57,254 bases of DNA from a virus (taxonomy: Duplodnaviria > Caudoviricetes): positions 1 through 57,254 of IMG/VR virus record IMGVR_UViG_3300042344_000496, one strand, 5' to 3'. A model generated the notes under the pieces. That model saw only the letters and a list, made by a program, of their open reading frames with translations, was not told where the DNA came from and ran no database searches. Both the position numbers and the translations under genes were made by a program. The first letter of the stretch is position 1; each line of letters begins with the position of its first letter. Below, in pieces: positions 38,309 to 48,085 of this stretch.

Positions 38309-40120
38309 TTAATTAAATGGATTATAATCTATTTTTCTAGTAATATTATCTTTCTTTTCTAAGAATATAACATCTCCAGTAGCTGCTTCCAAGCTTTCTC
38401 TTCTATGTGAAATAACATACACACATTCATTATACTTCTTAACTCTTTCATTAATGATATCAGTAATCAAATTAATACCTTTATCATCTAAGCAAGAATC
38501 AAACAACTCATCATAAATTGCCACATTATAACAAACATCACCTTGAAGCATTCTCATATCCATGAATGCAAACAAACAAGCAAAATCAATACTCTTCCTC
38601 TCTGCTCCAGAGAAATTAAAGTATGAACACTTTTTATTATTGTCATTAATAATCTCTTCTTCAAAGTGACAATCAAAATAACATAAGCAGTTAGCATTCA
38701 TTTTATTCAAGTAATACTGAATTCTTTCATTCAATACTTCAAGAATTTTATTAACAATATATGTTTTAACACCATCTTCAGAGAAAATGAACTTCATTGT
38801 CTCAAACATATTCATTTTATTTCTATTATCATTCACAACATCTTTAGTGTTATTCAATAACTTCTCTTCAGATAAAATAGTTTCATCCAATTCAGTTTCT
38901 TGAGATTGCATTGATTGGATATCTTCATCAAGTGTTGATAACCATTCATTCAATTGAGTAAGTCTAGCTTCTAGATTGATTTTCTTTTGTTGTCCAAGCT
39001 TTACTGTAGAAACTTTTAAATTACAAGCATCAATACCATTTTTAACTGTATCACGCTTTGAACGCATCTTGTTAATAAATTCCTGAATTTCATTTTTCTT
39101 TTCGTTCAAAGTTACAATCTTAGATTCACATTCTACCTTTTCTTTATCCATTTCAACATGACTATGTTCAGCATTTTCTCTTTTACATAGTGGACAAAAC
39201 TTTGGTTTGCTTTCTACTTGCTTGATTCTTTGTTTAAGATTCTCAATTGCTCCATCTACCTTCCAGTACTTTTCCATCCCATCATCCAAACCATTATTAA
39301 TCTTAACCAAGGCATCATTCAATTTATTAAGATTCAGTTTAATATCATCCATCGAATCAACTTTCAAAGATAAAATATCTGTTTCAATCTTTGTTTTTTC
39401 TTGAATATTAGAATCTTTTCTATCCAAATACTTTTGAAGCTTTTGAACTCTGTTATCGAGGATATTCTTTCTTTGTGATACGAAAGAATTTAAACTCCTC
39501 TCAATACCTTGCATTCTATTAAGTTCGATTTCGTAATCCTTCTTCTTACTATTGAATTCATCTCTAGAGATATTCAGCATTTTACTAAAAACATCCAGAT
39601 TCAAAATGCCTTCAATAAACTTTCTCTTATCAACTTTATTCTTAGCCATGAAAGGAACTGTATTATTAAGTGTCATGATAACACAGTTCTCAAATATACT
39701 TGGAGTAGCATTAATAAGCTTGTGCAAGAACTCTTCAGTATTCTTAATAGAATCAAGTGTAATATCTGTACCATTATGATACAAATACAATTTAGATGGA
39801 TTAGCAGTTCTAATAACTTTATATGAATCTGTTTTGTTTCCTACTTGGACATCAAGTTCTACTTCAATTTTACACAAACCATTAGTAAATGAATTTGTGA
39901 TAAGTTCCTTCTTAAGATCTCCACGGATAGTTGAACCAAAGATTGCATAATACAATGATTCCATCATGGAAGATTTACCTAAACCATTTCTTCTATCATT
40001 GTCATCTCTATTAATACCAGTTACGATATTAAGACCTTTTTTAAATTCCATTGTCACTGGATCATTACCAAATGACAAGAAGTTTTGAATAGTTAATTTT
40101 TTAAAATTTACGCACTTCAT
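38309..40120 (-). CDS. Recombination nuclease ATPase subunit, gp46/SbcC/Rad50-like
   Basis: Walker A NGLGKSS, Zn hook CPLC, signature FSGAERK, Walker B YDE..DS.LD, ISH. Confidence 0.95.
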   Translation of the reverse strand: MKCVNFKKLTIQNFLSFGNDPVTMEFKKGLNIVTGINRDDNDRRNGLGKSSMMESLYYAIFGSTIRGDLKKELITNSFTNGLCKIEVELDVQVGNKTDSYKVIRTANPSKLYLYHNGTDITLDSIKNTEEFLHKLINATPSIFENCVIMTLNNTVPFMAKNKVDKRKFIEGILNLDVFSKMLNISRDEFNSKKKDYEIELNRMQGIERSLNSFVSQRKNILDNRVQKLQKYLDRKDSNIQEKTKIETDILSLKVDSMDDIKLNLNKLNDALVKINNGLDDGMEKYWKVDGAIENLKQRIKQVESKPKFCPLCKRENAEHSHVEMDKEKVECESKIVTLNEKKNEIQEFINKMRSKRDTVKNGIDACNLKVSTVKLGQQKKINLEARLTQLNEWLSTLDEDIQSMQSQETELDETILSEEKLLNNTKDVVNDNRNKMNMFETMKFIFSEDGVKTYIVNKILEVLNERIQYYLNKMNANCLCYFDCHFEEEIINDNNKKCSYFNFSGAERKSIDFACLFAFMDMRMLQGDVCYNVAIYDELFDSCLDDKGINLITDIINERVKKYNECVYVISHRRESLEAATGDVIFLEKKDNITRKIDYNPFN

Positions 40121-41168
40121 CTGTTTTAGCTTTGTTAAAAATTTCTAGAGCACACTTTACAATTTCTTCCTTGTTGTTCATGTCCATCAATTCAATATAT
40201 TCGATGATAGCTTGAGGAATGTCAATACCAGAAAAATCCTTTCTATCCTCTTCTAAACCATATTCAGAAGATAATGTTTCATACTCAACCTTTAAATCAA
40301 TAGGACTAAGTGCTCTAAGTTTACCAAGAATGAATTCCATATCATCTGTAGTAATCTTTCTATCGACTTTAAGTTTAACCAAATTATTGGCAAATAATTC
40401 TACAACATTATTATTAATACTTCCTTCACTAATCAAATGTGATAACTGAACATTATTATGTTTAGGAGATTTTTTATTTTCTACAAAATCAATCTCATCA
40501 GATTCTACATCCCAAATATAAAATCCTTTATCTGAACCAGCATCATTGTAATCAGTTTGAAATGGATTACCAACATAAACAATTCTACCAAGATCATAAA
40601 ACTTTTCATCTCTTAAATGAAAATGTCCAGAGAATACTGATGGACTTTTACTTAATAGTTCCTCTGCCAAGAATCCATCTTCACATAATGCAAATGAATT
40701 CATCTTGAACATAGTAATTTCAAAATGACCAAACGTTACATCTGAAACAGGAATGTCATTCAGCTTAATTCCCCATGGGATAAAATTGATCTTTTTATCA
40801 TGACTATCAACAGTCAAAGGTTTATCTACAACTTTTACATTATTCCATCCCTTGAATGGGGATAAAGAATTTACATCAGAACTATCTTTAAGGAAACAAT
40901 CATGATTCCCCACAATCATTGTGAGATTAAAATCTGAAAACATTTCCAATAGTTTTACACCAAAATGTAAGCTATCAACAGATACTTCATCTCTCGTATG
41001 AAAGTAGTCGCCACAAAAAACAACATCTCTGATATTCCTACTTTTAAGTTCATCTACAAACCACTTTGCCCATTCCATCGAAACATCATGCCAGAATTTC
41101 GAATCGTGATGAACTCCAATATGAATATCAGAGAATATTGCGACTTTATTACTATTAAAATAATTCAC
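40101..41168 (-). CDS. Recombination nuclease subunit, gp47/SbcD/Mre11-like
   Basis: SDIHIG, GDYFH, GNHD, GHFE, SGHFH phosphoesterase motifs; GTG start. Confidence 0.95.
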   Translation of the reverse strand: MNYFNSNKVAIFSDIHIGVHHDSKFWHDVSMEWAKWFVDELKSRNIRDVVFCGDYFHTRDEVSVDSLHFGVKLLEMFSDFNLTMIVGNHDCFLKDSSDVNSLSPFKGWNNVKVVDKPLTVDSHDKKINFIPWGIKLNDIPVSDVTFGHFEITMFKMNSFALCEDGFLAEELLSKSPSVFSGHFHLRDEKFYDLGRIVYVGNPFQTDYNDAGSDKGFYIWDVESDEIDFVENKKSPKHNNVQLSHLISEGSINNNVVELFANNLVKLKVDRKITTDDMEFILGKLRALSPIDLKVEYETLSSEYGLEEDRKDFSGIDIPQAIIEYIELMDMNNKEEIVKCALEIFNKAKTDEVRKF

Positions 41169-41174
41169 TCAACC

Positions 41175-41203
41175 ATAATACCATACATGATCACACGTGT
41201 CAA
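41175..41203 (-). promoter_or_regulatory. Sigma70-type promoter of gp47/gp46
   Basis: TTGACA-N17-TATTAT-N6-GTG. Confidence 0.85.
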
Positions 41204-41643
41204 TCTTGATCAAAATACGATTCTTCAGTAGAGTCAATAATTGGTTTTACATAAACATGACCTTCACTTACAGATAAAAACTCTTCATACTTTCTTTCTC
41301 TGTAACTTGTAACAGTGTCATGTTGCTTCTTTTCCTTTTTAATTCTATTAATAAATGCATGAAATGCTATCGTTGTAAAATATCCAAAGGGTGAAGATTC
41401 TGATTTGATATCGAATTTTTTCCTTTTAAGTGCTGAGAACATTTTCAATATAGCATCTCCTATCATTTCTTCTTTGTAGGAATACTTATAGAATTTTGAG
41501 TTATATCCCAATCCTTCAGCAATCTTATTGATACATTCTCCCAAATAATTTGTACAATTATTGGTTTTATAGTATGTTTCAATTTCTTGTCTAAACTTTA
41601 AGGGATCTACATAATACTTGTCTTTATCTTTAGCTTGTTTCAT
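41200..41643 (-). CDS. Late-transcription sigma factor, gp55-like
   Basis: YYVD, YLGECINKIAEGL, YSYKEEMIGDA, PFGYFTTIAFHAFINRIKKEKKQ. Confidence 0.92.
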   Translation of the reverse strand: MKQAKDKDKYYVDPLKFRQEIETYYKTNNCTNYLGECINKIAEGLGYNSKFYKYSYKEEMIGDAILKMFSALKRKKFDIKSESSPFGYFTTIAFHAFINRIKKEKKQHDTVTSYRERKYEEFLSVSEGHVYVKPIIDSTEESYFDQD

Positions 41644-43076
41644 ATTTTTTCTTGTATATCTATTTCTTTGAATTCTATCTGCTCCGAAGTATAAATGGTT
41701 TTACGTTTCATATAATGTTTTGTACCAAATCTAAGTTTGTCAGCAATATCGATAATAATAAGCTTATTCTTGTCCTTATGCTTTCTAAGCCCTCTACCAA
41801 TGCTTTGTACGACTCTAGTAAAGCTTTTACCTAATGCTGCAAATATAATCATGTGAATGTTTTTAATATTCACTCCAGTTGAAAAGATAGAAGACATCGC
41901 AACACATATTACATTGTTCTTCTTTTCCATCATTTGCTTTGCCTTATCCCTATCTTGGGTTGATACGTCACCTTTAATAAAAACAACTTCTCTATCAGGA
42001 AACTTATTACTGAGAATGCTATATAATAAATCTCCGTGTACTAAATGATTTACAAGAATCAAAATATTCTTATTAAAACTCTTACAAGTAGTTTGTATTA
42101 CATAATTTCTGAATGTACTCTTATAAATATAATCCAATTCAATCATGTAATTTTCTTGACCCTTTACTTTATAATCGTATGGAGGATCATTCAAATAATC
42201 TATTTTAAATATCTTAACTTCTGCATTTGTTAATATGTCTCTTTTTCTAAGTTCTGATGATTTCTTTTGAATAAGTACTGGACCAACCTTTCCTAATACA
42301 TTCCATCTATCTGCTACATCTTCTGGTAATGTTCCAGTAAAACCAAACTTTCTATCTGTCTTAATAGATTCTACTACTTTAGATATCTGGGAACCTTTAG
42401 TGATTCTATGAACTTCATCTATTACCAATAAGTCTACATCTTTAATCCAAGAATTTTCTAAAAATCTTCTTTGCAATATCGCAGAATTTGCTATAATTAC
42501 ATTACAAGTAGAGTCCAACTTATTATCCCCAGACCATTTACCAACTTTAAATGTTACACCATATTCAACATAATCACTATAAGTTTGTTCAACTAGACCA
42601 ATATCTGGTACGATTACTAGGCATTTAAAATTTTGTAAATTACTAGAATACAAATAATAGTTTTCTATGAGACATGCACTAACCAAAGTTTTACCAGCAG
42701 CAGTTGCTAATACTGCTAAACCTCTACCATTACTCATACAAGCATGAACAGCATCTTGTTGATAATCTCTAAGTGATAACTTTAATCTATCAATGATTTG
42801 CTTGTTTAAAGCTGGTTTAAGTTTTTCTAAAACGTCTTGTTCTATTTCTAATGATTCTTCAGGATAGCTTATAATATGCTTTTTGATTTCTTCAACTAAA
42901 CCGATATCAAATTGACCCATTGGATTAATTGCATATAATCTTTTAGGAATATATGGAGAACGGCCATATCTTGCTGCTGGATTAAATGATGAAAAATGTT
43001 CTCTTATTAATTCCAGCTTATCTGAAATTAAAAAACATTTGTTATGATTCTCTCTGTCCAATGTGATTTTAATCAT
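41640..43076 (-). CDS. uvsW: SF2 DNA helicase UvsW
   Basis: LRDYQ, ATAAGKT, DEVH, GFTGT, FSTGVNI, QSIGRGLR. Confidence 0.93.
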   Translation of the reverse strand: MIKITLDRENHNKCFLISDKLELIREHFSSFNPAARYGRSPYIPKRLYAINPMGQFDIGLVEEIKKHIISYPEESLEIEQDVLEKLKPALNKQIIDRLKLSLRDYQQDAVHACMSNGRGLAVLATAAGKTLVSACLIENYYLYSSNLQNFKCLVIVPDIGLVEQTYSDYVEYGVTFKVGKWSGDNKLDSTCNVIIANSAILQRRFLENSWIKDVDLLVIDEVHRITKGSQISKVVESIKTDRKFGFTGTLPEDVADRWNVLGKVGPVLIQKKSSELRKRDILTNAEVKIFKIDYLNDPPYDYKVKGQENYMIELDYIYKSTFRNYVIQTTCKSFNKNILILVNHLVHGDLLYSILSNKFPDREVVFIKGDVSTQDRDKAKQMMEKKNNVICVAMSSIFSTGVNIKNIHMIIFAALGKSFTRVVQSIGRGLRKHKDKNKLIIIDIADKLRFGTKHYMKRKTIYTSEQIEFKEIDIQEKI

Positions 43077-43077
43077 A

Positions 43078-43464
43078 TTACATCTCCATTGTCATTAATT
43101 GGACTAGATTCTTAACTTGCCAATCCATTGATTTAAAAGTTTCTAATGCATGTTGTATTAATTCAATTATGCATTCATGTTCAAAAATATTGTCATTGAT
43201 TTGTTCTACTTGTGGTAAAGAATCCATGAAACTCTTTTCATTGTCTTTAGTTAAACGTACAGGAGATTTCTTATCGTCCTTAATCATTGTCAAAACTTTG
43301 ACCTTTACCTTTTTAAGCTTTTGTACTTCTATTTTATGTTGAACCAATCTAGCTGACCAAAAATGTTTCTTAGATGGAAGCCTATATAAAACTTCCTTGA
43401 TATTAATGCTATTAAGGACGAAATCCTCTTTTAACTCATTAACATACTTATTATATAAGTCCAT
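43078..43464 (-). CDS. uvsY: Recombination mediator, UvsY-like
   Basis: 128-aa helical protein next to uvsW; C-terminal FKSMDWQVKNLV resembles UvsY. Confidence 0.7.
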   Translation of the reverse strand: MDLYNKYVNELKEDFVLNSINIKEVLYRLPSKKHFWSARLVQHKIEVQKLKKVKVKVLTMIKDDKKSPVRLTKDNEKSFMDSLPQVEQINDNIFEHECIIELIQHALETFKSMDWQVKNLVQLMTMEM

Positions 43465-43498
43465 ACTATAAATAATAACATATAAACTTTATATTTCA

Positions 43499-43726
43499 AT
43501 GGATAAATTTAATGATTATTATAATTATTTAATGGAGACTTTATTAGCTGGTGGTTATATATTTGGAAACAATGTTGACTATGGTGCTACTGGAGGTGCT
43601 GTAGGTAATACAGATAGTTATAATACTGGTAGTAATGTCATTCCAACTGGGGGCAAATTATATAGAAGAAATGCCAAAATAGATACTACTAATAAAAAAC
43701 CTAGAAAACGTAAAAATAAATCTTAA
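43499..43726 (+). CDS. Small hypothetical protein, possible head-internal protein
   Basis: MDKFNDYYNYLME N-terminus, Gly-rich middle, basic tail; TATAAATA at 43467. Confidence 0.55.
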   Translation: MDKFNDYYNYLMETLLAGGYIFGNNVDYGATGGAVGNTDSYNTGSNVIPTGGKLYRRNAKIDTTNKKPRKRKNKS

Positions 43727-43734
43727 ATCTATTA

Positions 43735-44133
43735 ATGCAAGATTTAGGACATTGGGTTACAAATATTGAGGTTCCTGAAAATCCTTATGGATTTATATAC
43801 ATTATTACAAATAAAGTAAACGGCAGAATGTATGTTGGAAAAAAACAGATTCTAACAAAACTAAAAAGAAAACCACTTAAAGGTAGAGTTAATAAAAGAA
43901 TTTCTATTAAAGAAACAGATTGGAAGACTTATACAGGAAGTTCTAAAGAATTAAATCTTGATATTGAAAAATACGGTATTCAAAACTTTTTGTTTGAAAT
44001 CATAAAATTTTGTGATAATAAAAGTCAGATGGCATATTTTGAAGCAAAGGAACAATTCGATAGAGAAGTTTTAATTAAAGAAGAATATTACAATGGTATT
44101 ATCAATCTTAGATTAGGGAAAATTAAATTTTAA
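43735..44133 (+). CDS. Stand-alone GIY-YIG family endonuclease
   Basis: GFIY..TN..NG..YVGKK, YTGSS, FEII, E..EQF, YYN. Confidence 0.85.
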   Translation: MQDLGHWVTNIEVPENPYGFIYIITNKVNGRMYVGKKQILTKLKRKPLKGRVNKRISIKETDWKTYTGSSKELNLDIEKYGIQNFLFEIIKFCDNKSQMAYFEAKEQFDREVLIKEEYYNGIINLRLGKIKF

Positions 44134-44140
44134 AGTCATC

Positions 44141-44295
44141 TCTCCGCAACTTTTTTCTGAAAATTTTCATTTTTACTCTGTAGAGCTATTAAAATTGTAG
44201 ACGTAAGTACTCATGTATTATATTTCTTTCCTATTTATATTCCTTTTTCTCTATTTCTCCGCAACTTTTTTTCTCTTTTTTTCCTTTTTACTCTG
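44141..44295. repeat. Two ~40-bp direct repeats 115 bp apart in a non-coding region (candidate origin)
   Basis: TCTCCGCAACTTTTTT at 44141 and 44256; TTTTTACTCTG at 44170 and 44285. Confidence 0.8.
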
Positions 44296-44480
44296 AAGAA
44301 ATCTTTTTTAAGGTTACGAAATATAGAGAACCATAGATCTTCTAAGATCTCCATATTGAAATCTTCTTATATATTTCCTAAAAAATTCAAAAAAATGAAA
44401 AGATTCGACTTGACTTTTATATTTTGTATGATTAAATAATATTAACTTCTTAAAAAAATCAAAAAATTCAAAAGAATAAA

Positions 44481-44987
44481 ATGATAATTATTAAAGAATA
44501 TAATATAAGATTAATTGATATAAATTTATTATTTAATAATATATCAGAAAATATTTATACATTTATAAATTGTAATAATTTAAATTTAAATATTAATAAT
44601 ATTGATTGCAAGAAAATATTTACTCATTTTATAATAGAAGAATTATTACAATATAATACTAATGAATTTAAAAATGTATTTATTTTTGCAAATAATATAA
44701 ATTATACAATATTATCTGAATTATTTCAATATAACGATATTATAGAATTATTACAAAAATGTTTAAAAGATATTGAGAAATATTTTAATTTTTTGATTCT
44801 TTTTGAAAATTTGATATTACAAGAAAATATTGGGAAAAATGATATTTTAAAAATACAATTATTTTTGCAGAAAAAATCAAAAAAGGTAAATCCGCAAAAT
44901 AAAAGGAAAATGTATTGCAAGAAGAATGGTTTAGATTTTATTTTAAACAAGATTAAATCTGTTGAAGAATGTTATAAGTTTTGTTAA
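44481..44987 (+). CDS. Hypothetical protein, extremely AT-rich
   Basis: 168-aa ORF rich in I/N/K/F. Confidence 0.55.
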   Translation: MIIIKEYNIRLIDINLLFNNISENIYTFINCNNLNLNINNIDCKKIFTHFIIEELLQYNTNEFKNVFIFANNINYTILSELFQYNDIIELLQKCLKDIEKYFNFLILFENLILQENIGKNDILKIQLFLQKKSKKVNPQNKRKMYCKKNGLDFILNKIKSVEECYKFC

Positions 44988-45016
44988 TTGACAATCTGGA
45001 AAGATTATGATATTAT
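44988..45016 (+). promoter_or_regulatory. Sigma70-type promoter
   Basis: TTGACA-N17-TATTAT-N8-ATG (45025). Confidence 0.8.
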
Positions 45017-45024
45017 TCAAATCT

Positions 45025-45225
45025 ATGGTTGATGATAATACAAATACAACAGAAGAACAAGAAAGTGATGAAAACGAAGAAGTTTCCATTGATTTAGAAG
45101 TTTTTAGTAAAGAAGAATTAATTGGGATGTTAGTTCAGATGAATGAAAAAGATATGACATTCTCTGAATTTATGGAATCCTGTATTGATGAATTAGTTGA
45201 AAAAATGGATCAGAGGTCGAAATGA
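45025..45225 (+). CDS. Small acidic hypothetical protein; start re-called at MVDDN
   Basis: The track ATG at 45007 lies within the promoter. Confidence 0.6.
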   Translation: MVDDNTNTTEEQESDENEEVSIDLEVFSKEELIGMLVQMNEKDMTFSEFMESCIDELVEKMDQRSK

Positions 45226-45249
45226 CATTCGTATTGAATAAATATATGA

Positions 45250-45627
45250 ATGACATCAAAATTCAATGAAGCGATAAGAAACGCTTATAGAATATTTTTA
45301 GAACAAGAAGCTCCGGTGGATGAGCAAAATCCACCGGATGCTGCTAATAACTCAGGGGAAGAACCTTCTCCTGAAGAAGATACTTCAAAGAAAGTAGCTG
45401 ATACAATAGATGCTGCTAGTTTAAGCATGAAGGAAATGTTTGTAGATTTTGTATCCATGCTTTTACAAGAAAAATTGGCAGGAAAATTAAAGGTTGATAG
45501 TCCTGAACTAAATACACTATTAGATGGTATTAAGGGTGCCTTTAATAAAGATAATCCATTGCAAAGTTTGGATGCTATTCAAGAATTGATTAAAGCAGCT
45601 AATACTAGATATAAACCTGTTGTATAA
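45250..45627 (+). CDS. Hypothetical late protein, possible head-internal protein
   Basis: TAAATA-N5-ATG; MTSKFNEAIRNAYRIFLE. Confidence 0.65.
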   Translation: MTSKFNEAIRNAYRIFLEQEAPVDEQNPPDAANNSGEEPSPEEDTSKKVADTIDAASLSMKEMFVDFVSMLLQEKLAGKLKVDSPELNTLLDGIKGAFNKDNPLQSLDAIQELIKAANTRYKPVV

Positions 45628-45628
45628 T

Positions 45629-45925
45629 ATGAAACACGATAAAAATTCCAAATACGGTAAAGATTGTAAAGATTGTAAAGAAGATAAAAAGGAAGATAAG
45701 AAGCTTAAGAAAGAAAGCTTTGATAGTCTTGTAAATTCTTTATTGCAAAAGTATATCTTTGGTGAAGAGGTAGGAGGAGAAAATCTTGAGACAAATCCAT
45801 CTAAGATTGTTCAAGATATTAAGAAAAAGAAGGAAGAAGAGGCAAAGAAGCCAGTTGGACCAAAAGATTTAAAGAAAGCACAGATTACAGCTAAAGCTAA
45901 TGCTGATCTTAAGAAACTAGGATAA
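45629..45925 (+). CDS. Lys/Glu-rich hypothetical protein
   Basis: ATG at 45629 directly after the upstream stop. Confidence 0.6.
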   Translation: MKHDKNSKYGKDCKDCKEDKKEDKKLKKESFDSLVNSLLQKYIFGEEVGGENLETNPSKIVQDIKKKKEEEAKKPVGPKDLKKAQITAKANADLKKLG

Positions 45926-45926
45926 T

Positions 45927-46397
45927 ATGAATAAGTTCTCTCGTTTACTAGAAAACACCTTTAGATCTTCTAATCTTAAAAGAGTAAGATTGAAGGTCGA
46001 TCCTGCATTTTGTGAACGAGGAGAAATATCTAAGTATCAAGGATACGAAGGATATATTCTGGCAGAAAAAGAAAAGGAAAGTAAAGTATACATTGAATGT
46101 GGTTGTAGTGACATGGAAGCTGGAATGGATCAAGGTGCAGGATATGCCCAGCAAGGAGTTGTAGCAATGATTCCTAATGACATGTTAGAATTAACAGCTG
46201 GTCCTAGTAAAATGGAAAAGTTAAAGATGTATGCTTTAATGTATTTAAAAGAAACTAAGAATGTTAATGTTCAAGACGCATTGGTTCAAATGGTCATGAA
46301 TAGTTCTACATTAGAAATGCTGGAAACATATCTTAGTAATAATGGTTGTACTGATAAGGATATTATAGCAATTTATAGAATGGGATATGAAGAGTAA
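45927..46397 (+). CDS. Hypothetical protein
   Basis: 156-aa ORF; MNKFSRLLE N-terminus. Confidence 0.65.
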   Translation: MNKFSRLLENTFRSSNLKRVRLKVDPAFCERGEISKYQGYEGYILAEKEKESKVYIECGCSDMEAGMDQGAGYAQQGVVAMIPNDMLELTAGPSKMEKLKMYALMYLKETKNVNVQDALVQMVMNSSTLEMLETYLSNNGCTDKDIIAIYRMGYEE

Positions 46398-47088
46398 GTT
46401 TGATGAATTGTTAGAATCTAGAATTTCTAATTTCGAAGACGAAACAAAAGAATATATTATTGAGGAAGGGTTTTTTGGTAATTTGGGTAGAGGTATATTG
46501 AATTACTTTAAACAAAAGGCTAAAAACATTGCTAGTGGAATAAAAGGACAGTTTAAAGATGCATTAGGAATTTCTGATAATAAGGATGATGTAGAAACAT
46601 CTGAAGAATCAAATGATAAGATTGTAGAAGGTTTGAGTAATTTCTTATCAGATCGTGAAGCCAGTAAAAAAATAATTAATATAGAATATACTCCCAAAAA
46701 GGGAACACCCGTACAAATCGGTGCTGTAACTATTAATATAGCAAAAGCTAATGATATTTTAGCTAAAATTGAGAGTGGTAGATATGATTTAAAATATATT
46801 AAAAATGTAATGCTACTTTCGAATAAAAAGCCATTAGCTAATGTTCAAGATGATTTGATTGTTTCATTGGTTAATACTCCTTACAAGGATATCATTAGAA
46901 CATTTAGAACAGATATAATGAAGAAGTATTTTCCTGAATTTAAAGATTCAAGTAAAGAACTTATTAAAGAATTTCAAAATTATTTGGGTTCTACTAGACC
47001 AACAACTCAAAGAGATATTATTATTAAGATTTTATTAGTGTTTATGTTTAGCAATACTAACTTTACTCTTAAATTAAAAGCTAGATAA
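46387..47088 (+). CDS. Hypothetical protein, possible head-internal protein
   Basis: MKSKFDELLE...IIEEGFFG N-terminus. Confidence 0.65.
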   Translation: MKSKFDELLESRISNFEDETKEYIIEEGFFGNLGRGILNYFKQKAKNIASGIKGQFKDALGISDNKDDVETSEESNDKIVEGLSNFLSDREASKKIINIEYTPKKGTPVQIGAVTINIAKANDILAKIESGRYDLKYIKNVMLLSNKKPLANVQDDLIVSLVNTPYKDIIRTFRTDIMKKYFPEFKDSSKELIKEFQNYLGSTRPTTQRDIIIKILLVFMFSNTNFTLKLKAR

Positions 47089-47282
47089 TGTTTGGAATTA
47101 AGATAGAAAGAGATCAATTACAAAAAAATTTAGAGGATGATATTTTTTCTAAAATGAAGGATATACGTGGGGTGGAAGATGATATAAAAAAGGATAAGTT
47201 GATAGTTAGACAAGTTAGCGTTGAAGAAGCTATAAAAGAGTTGATAGAATTGGAAAAAGCGATAAATAATAGGGATGAGTGA
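47088..47282 (+). CDS. Small hypothetical protein
   Basis: 64 aa, TAATG-coupled to the upstream gene. Confidence 0.55.
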   Translation: MFGIKIERDQLQKNLEDDIFSKMKDIRGVEDDIKKDKLIVRQVSVEEAIKELIELEKAINNRDE

Positions 47283-48081
47283 AAAGGAAAAATCTCCCAA
47301 GCCGTCTCCTTATGTTTTTCAGAGGGAAAAAATAGACTTCGATTTAAAAATCAGAGAACTACCGTGGACAGAGAAACAACAGGAAATAATTGACATATTC
47401 TTAAACAAGAAAACCAAATGCCTAATTCTAAAAGGTGTTGCGGGTACTTCTAAGACAATTTTATCCATGTATCTTGGATTACGTCTTTTGAATGAAAAGA
47501 AAGTATCAGATATGGTATTGATACGTTCTGCTGTAGAATCTTCTGATTCTAAGTTAGGATTCTTGCCCGGTGATATATTAGAAAAATTTGGTGTATATGT
47601 CGCCCCATTTAATGAAAAGCTACATGAGTTAATTGGACAACAACAAATAGCAAAATTAGAAAAGGATAATAGAATTAAAATATGTCCTATTAACTTTGCT
47701 AGAGGTTTACATTTCTCTGTGCAATTCGTTTGTTGTGATGAGTTCCAAAACTTAACGCTTAAAGAAGCAAAAACCCTTCTTTCCCGTGTTGGAGAGTTCT
47801 CTAAGGTCATTATATGTGGTGATCCTGATCAAAGCGATCTTGCTCATGGTAGATCAGGGTTTAATGATGTATATTCTATGTTTGATAACGAAGAGTCTAG
47901 AAAAGCTGGTATTCGTTGTGTAGAACTTAATGAAGATTGTGTCGTTCGTTCTGAATTCTGTAAGTATGTTACTGCTAAATTCAAAGAATTTGAAGATGCT
48001 AAAAGAATTAAAGAAGAAGCAAAACATTTAAAAGATAAAGACCCCAAAACAGGAGACAAGCAAGAAGTCGTCATTAAATAA
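47275..48081 (+). CDS. phoH: PhoH-like ATPase
   Basis: GVAGTSKT, RSAVE, LGFLPGD, FARG, DEFQN, LLSRVGE, GDPDQSD, VVRS. Confidence 0.93.
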   Translation: MSEKEKSPKPSPYVFQREKIDFDLKIRELPWTEKQQEIIDIFLNKKTKCLILKGVAGTSKTILSMYLGLRLLNEKKVSDMVLIRSAVESSDSKLGFLPGDILEKFGVYVAPFNEKLHELIGQQQIAKLEKDNRIKICPINFARGLHFSVQFVCCDEFQNLTLKEAKTLLSRVGEFSKVIICGDPDQSDLAHGRSGFNDVYSMFDNEESRKAGIRCVELNEDCVVRSEFCKYVTAKFKEFEDAKRIKEEAKHLKDKDPKTGDKQEVVIK

Positions 48082-48085
48082 TGAC

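Noticed and set aside
43735-44133. Mobile homing endonuclease or intron
   Set aside because: Only a 132-aa catalytic domain, with no DNA-binding extension and no interrupted gene; kept as a stand-alone GIY-YIG nuclease
44134-44480. CRISPR mini-array or tRNA in the non-coding region
   Set aside because: Only two imperfect low-complexity repeats with a ~75-nt gap; no cloverleaf or T-loop motif seen
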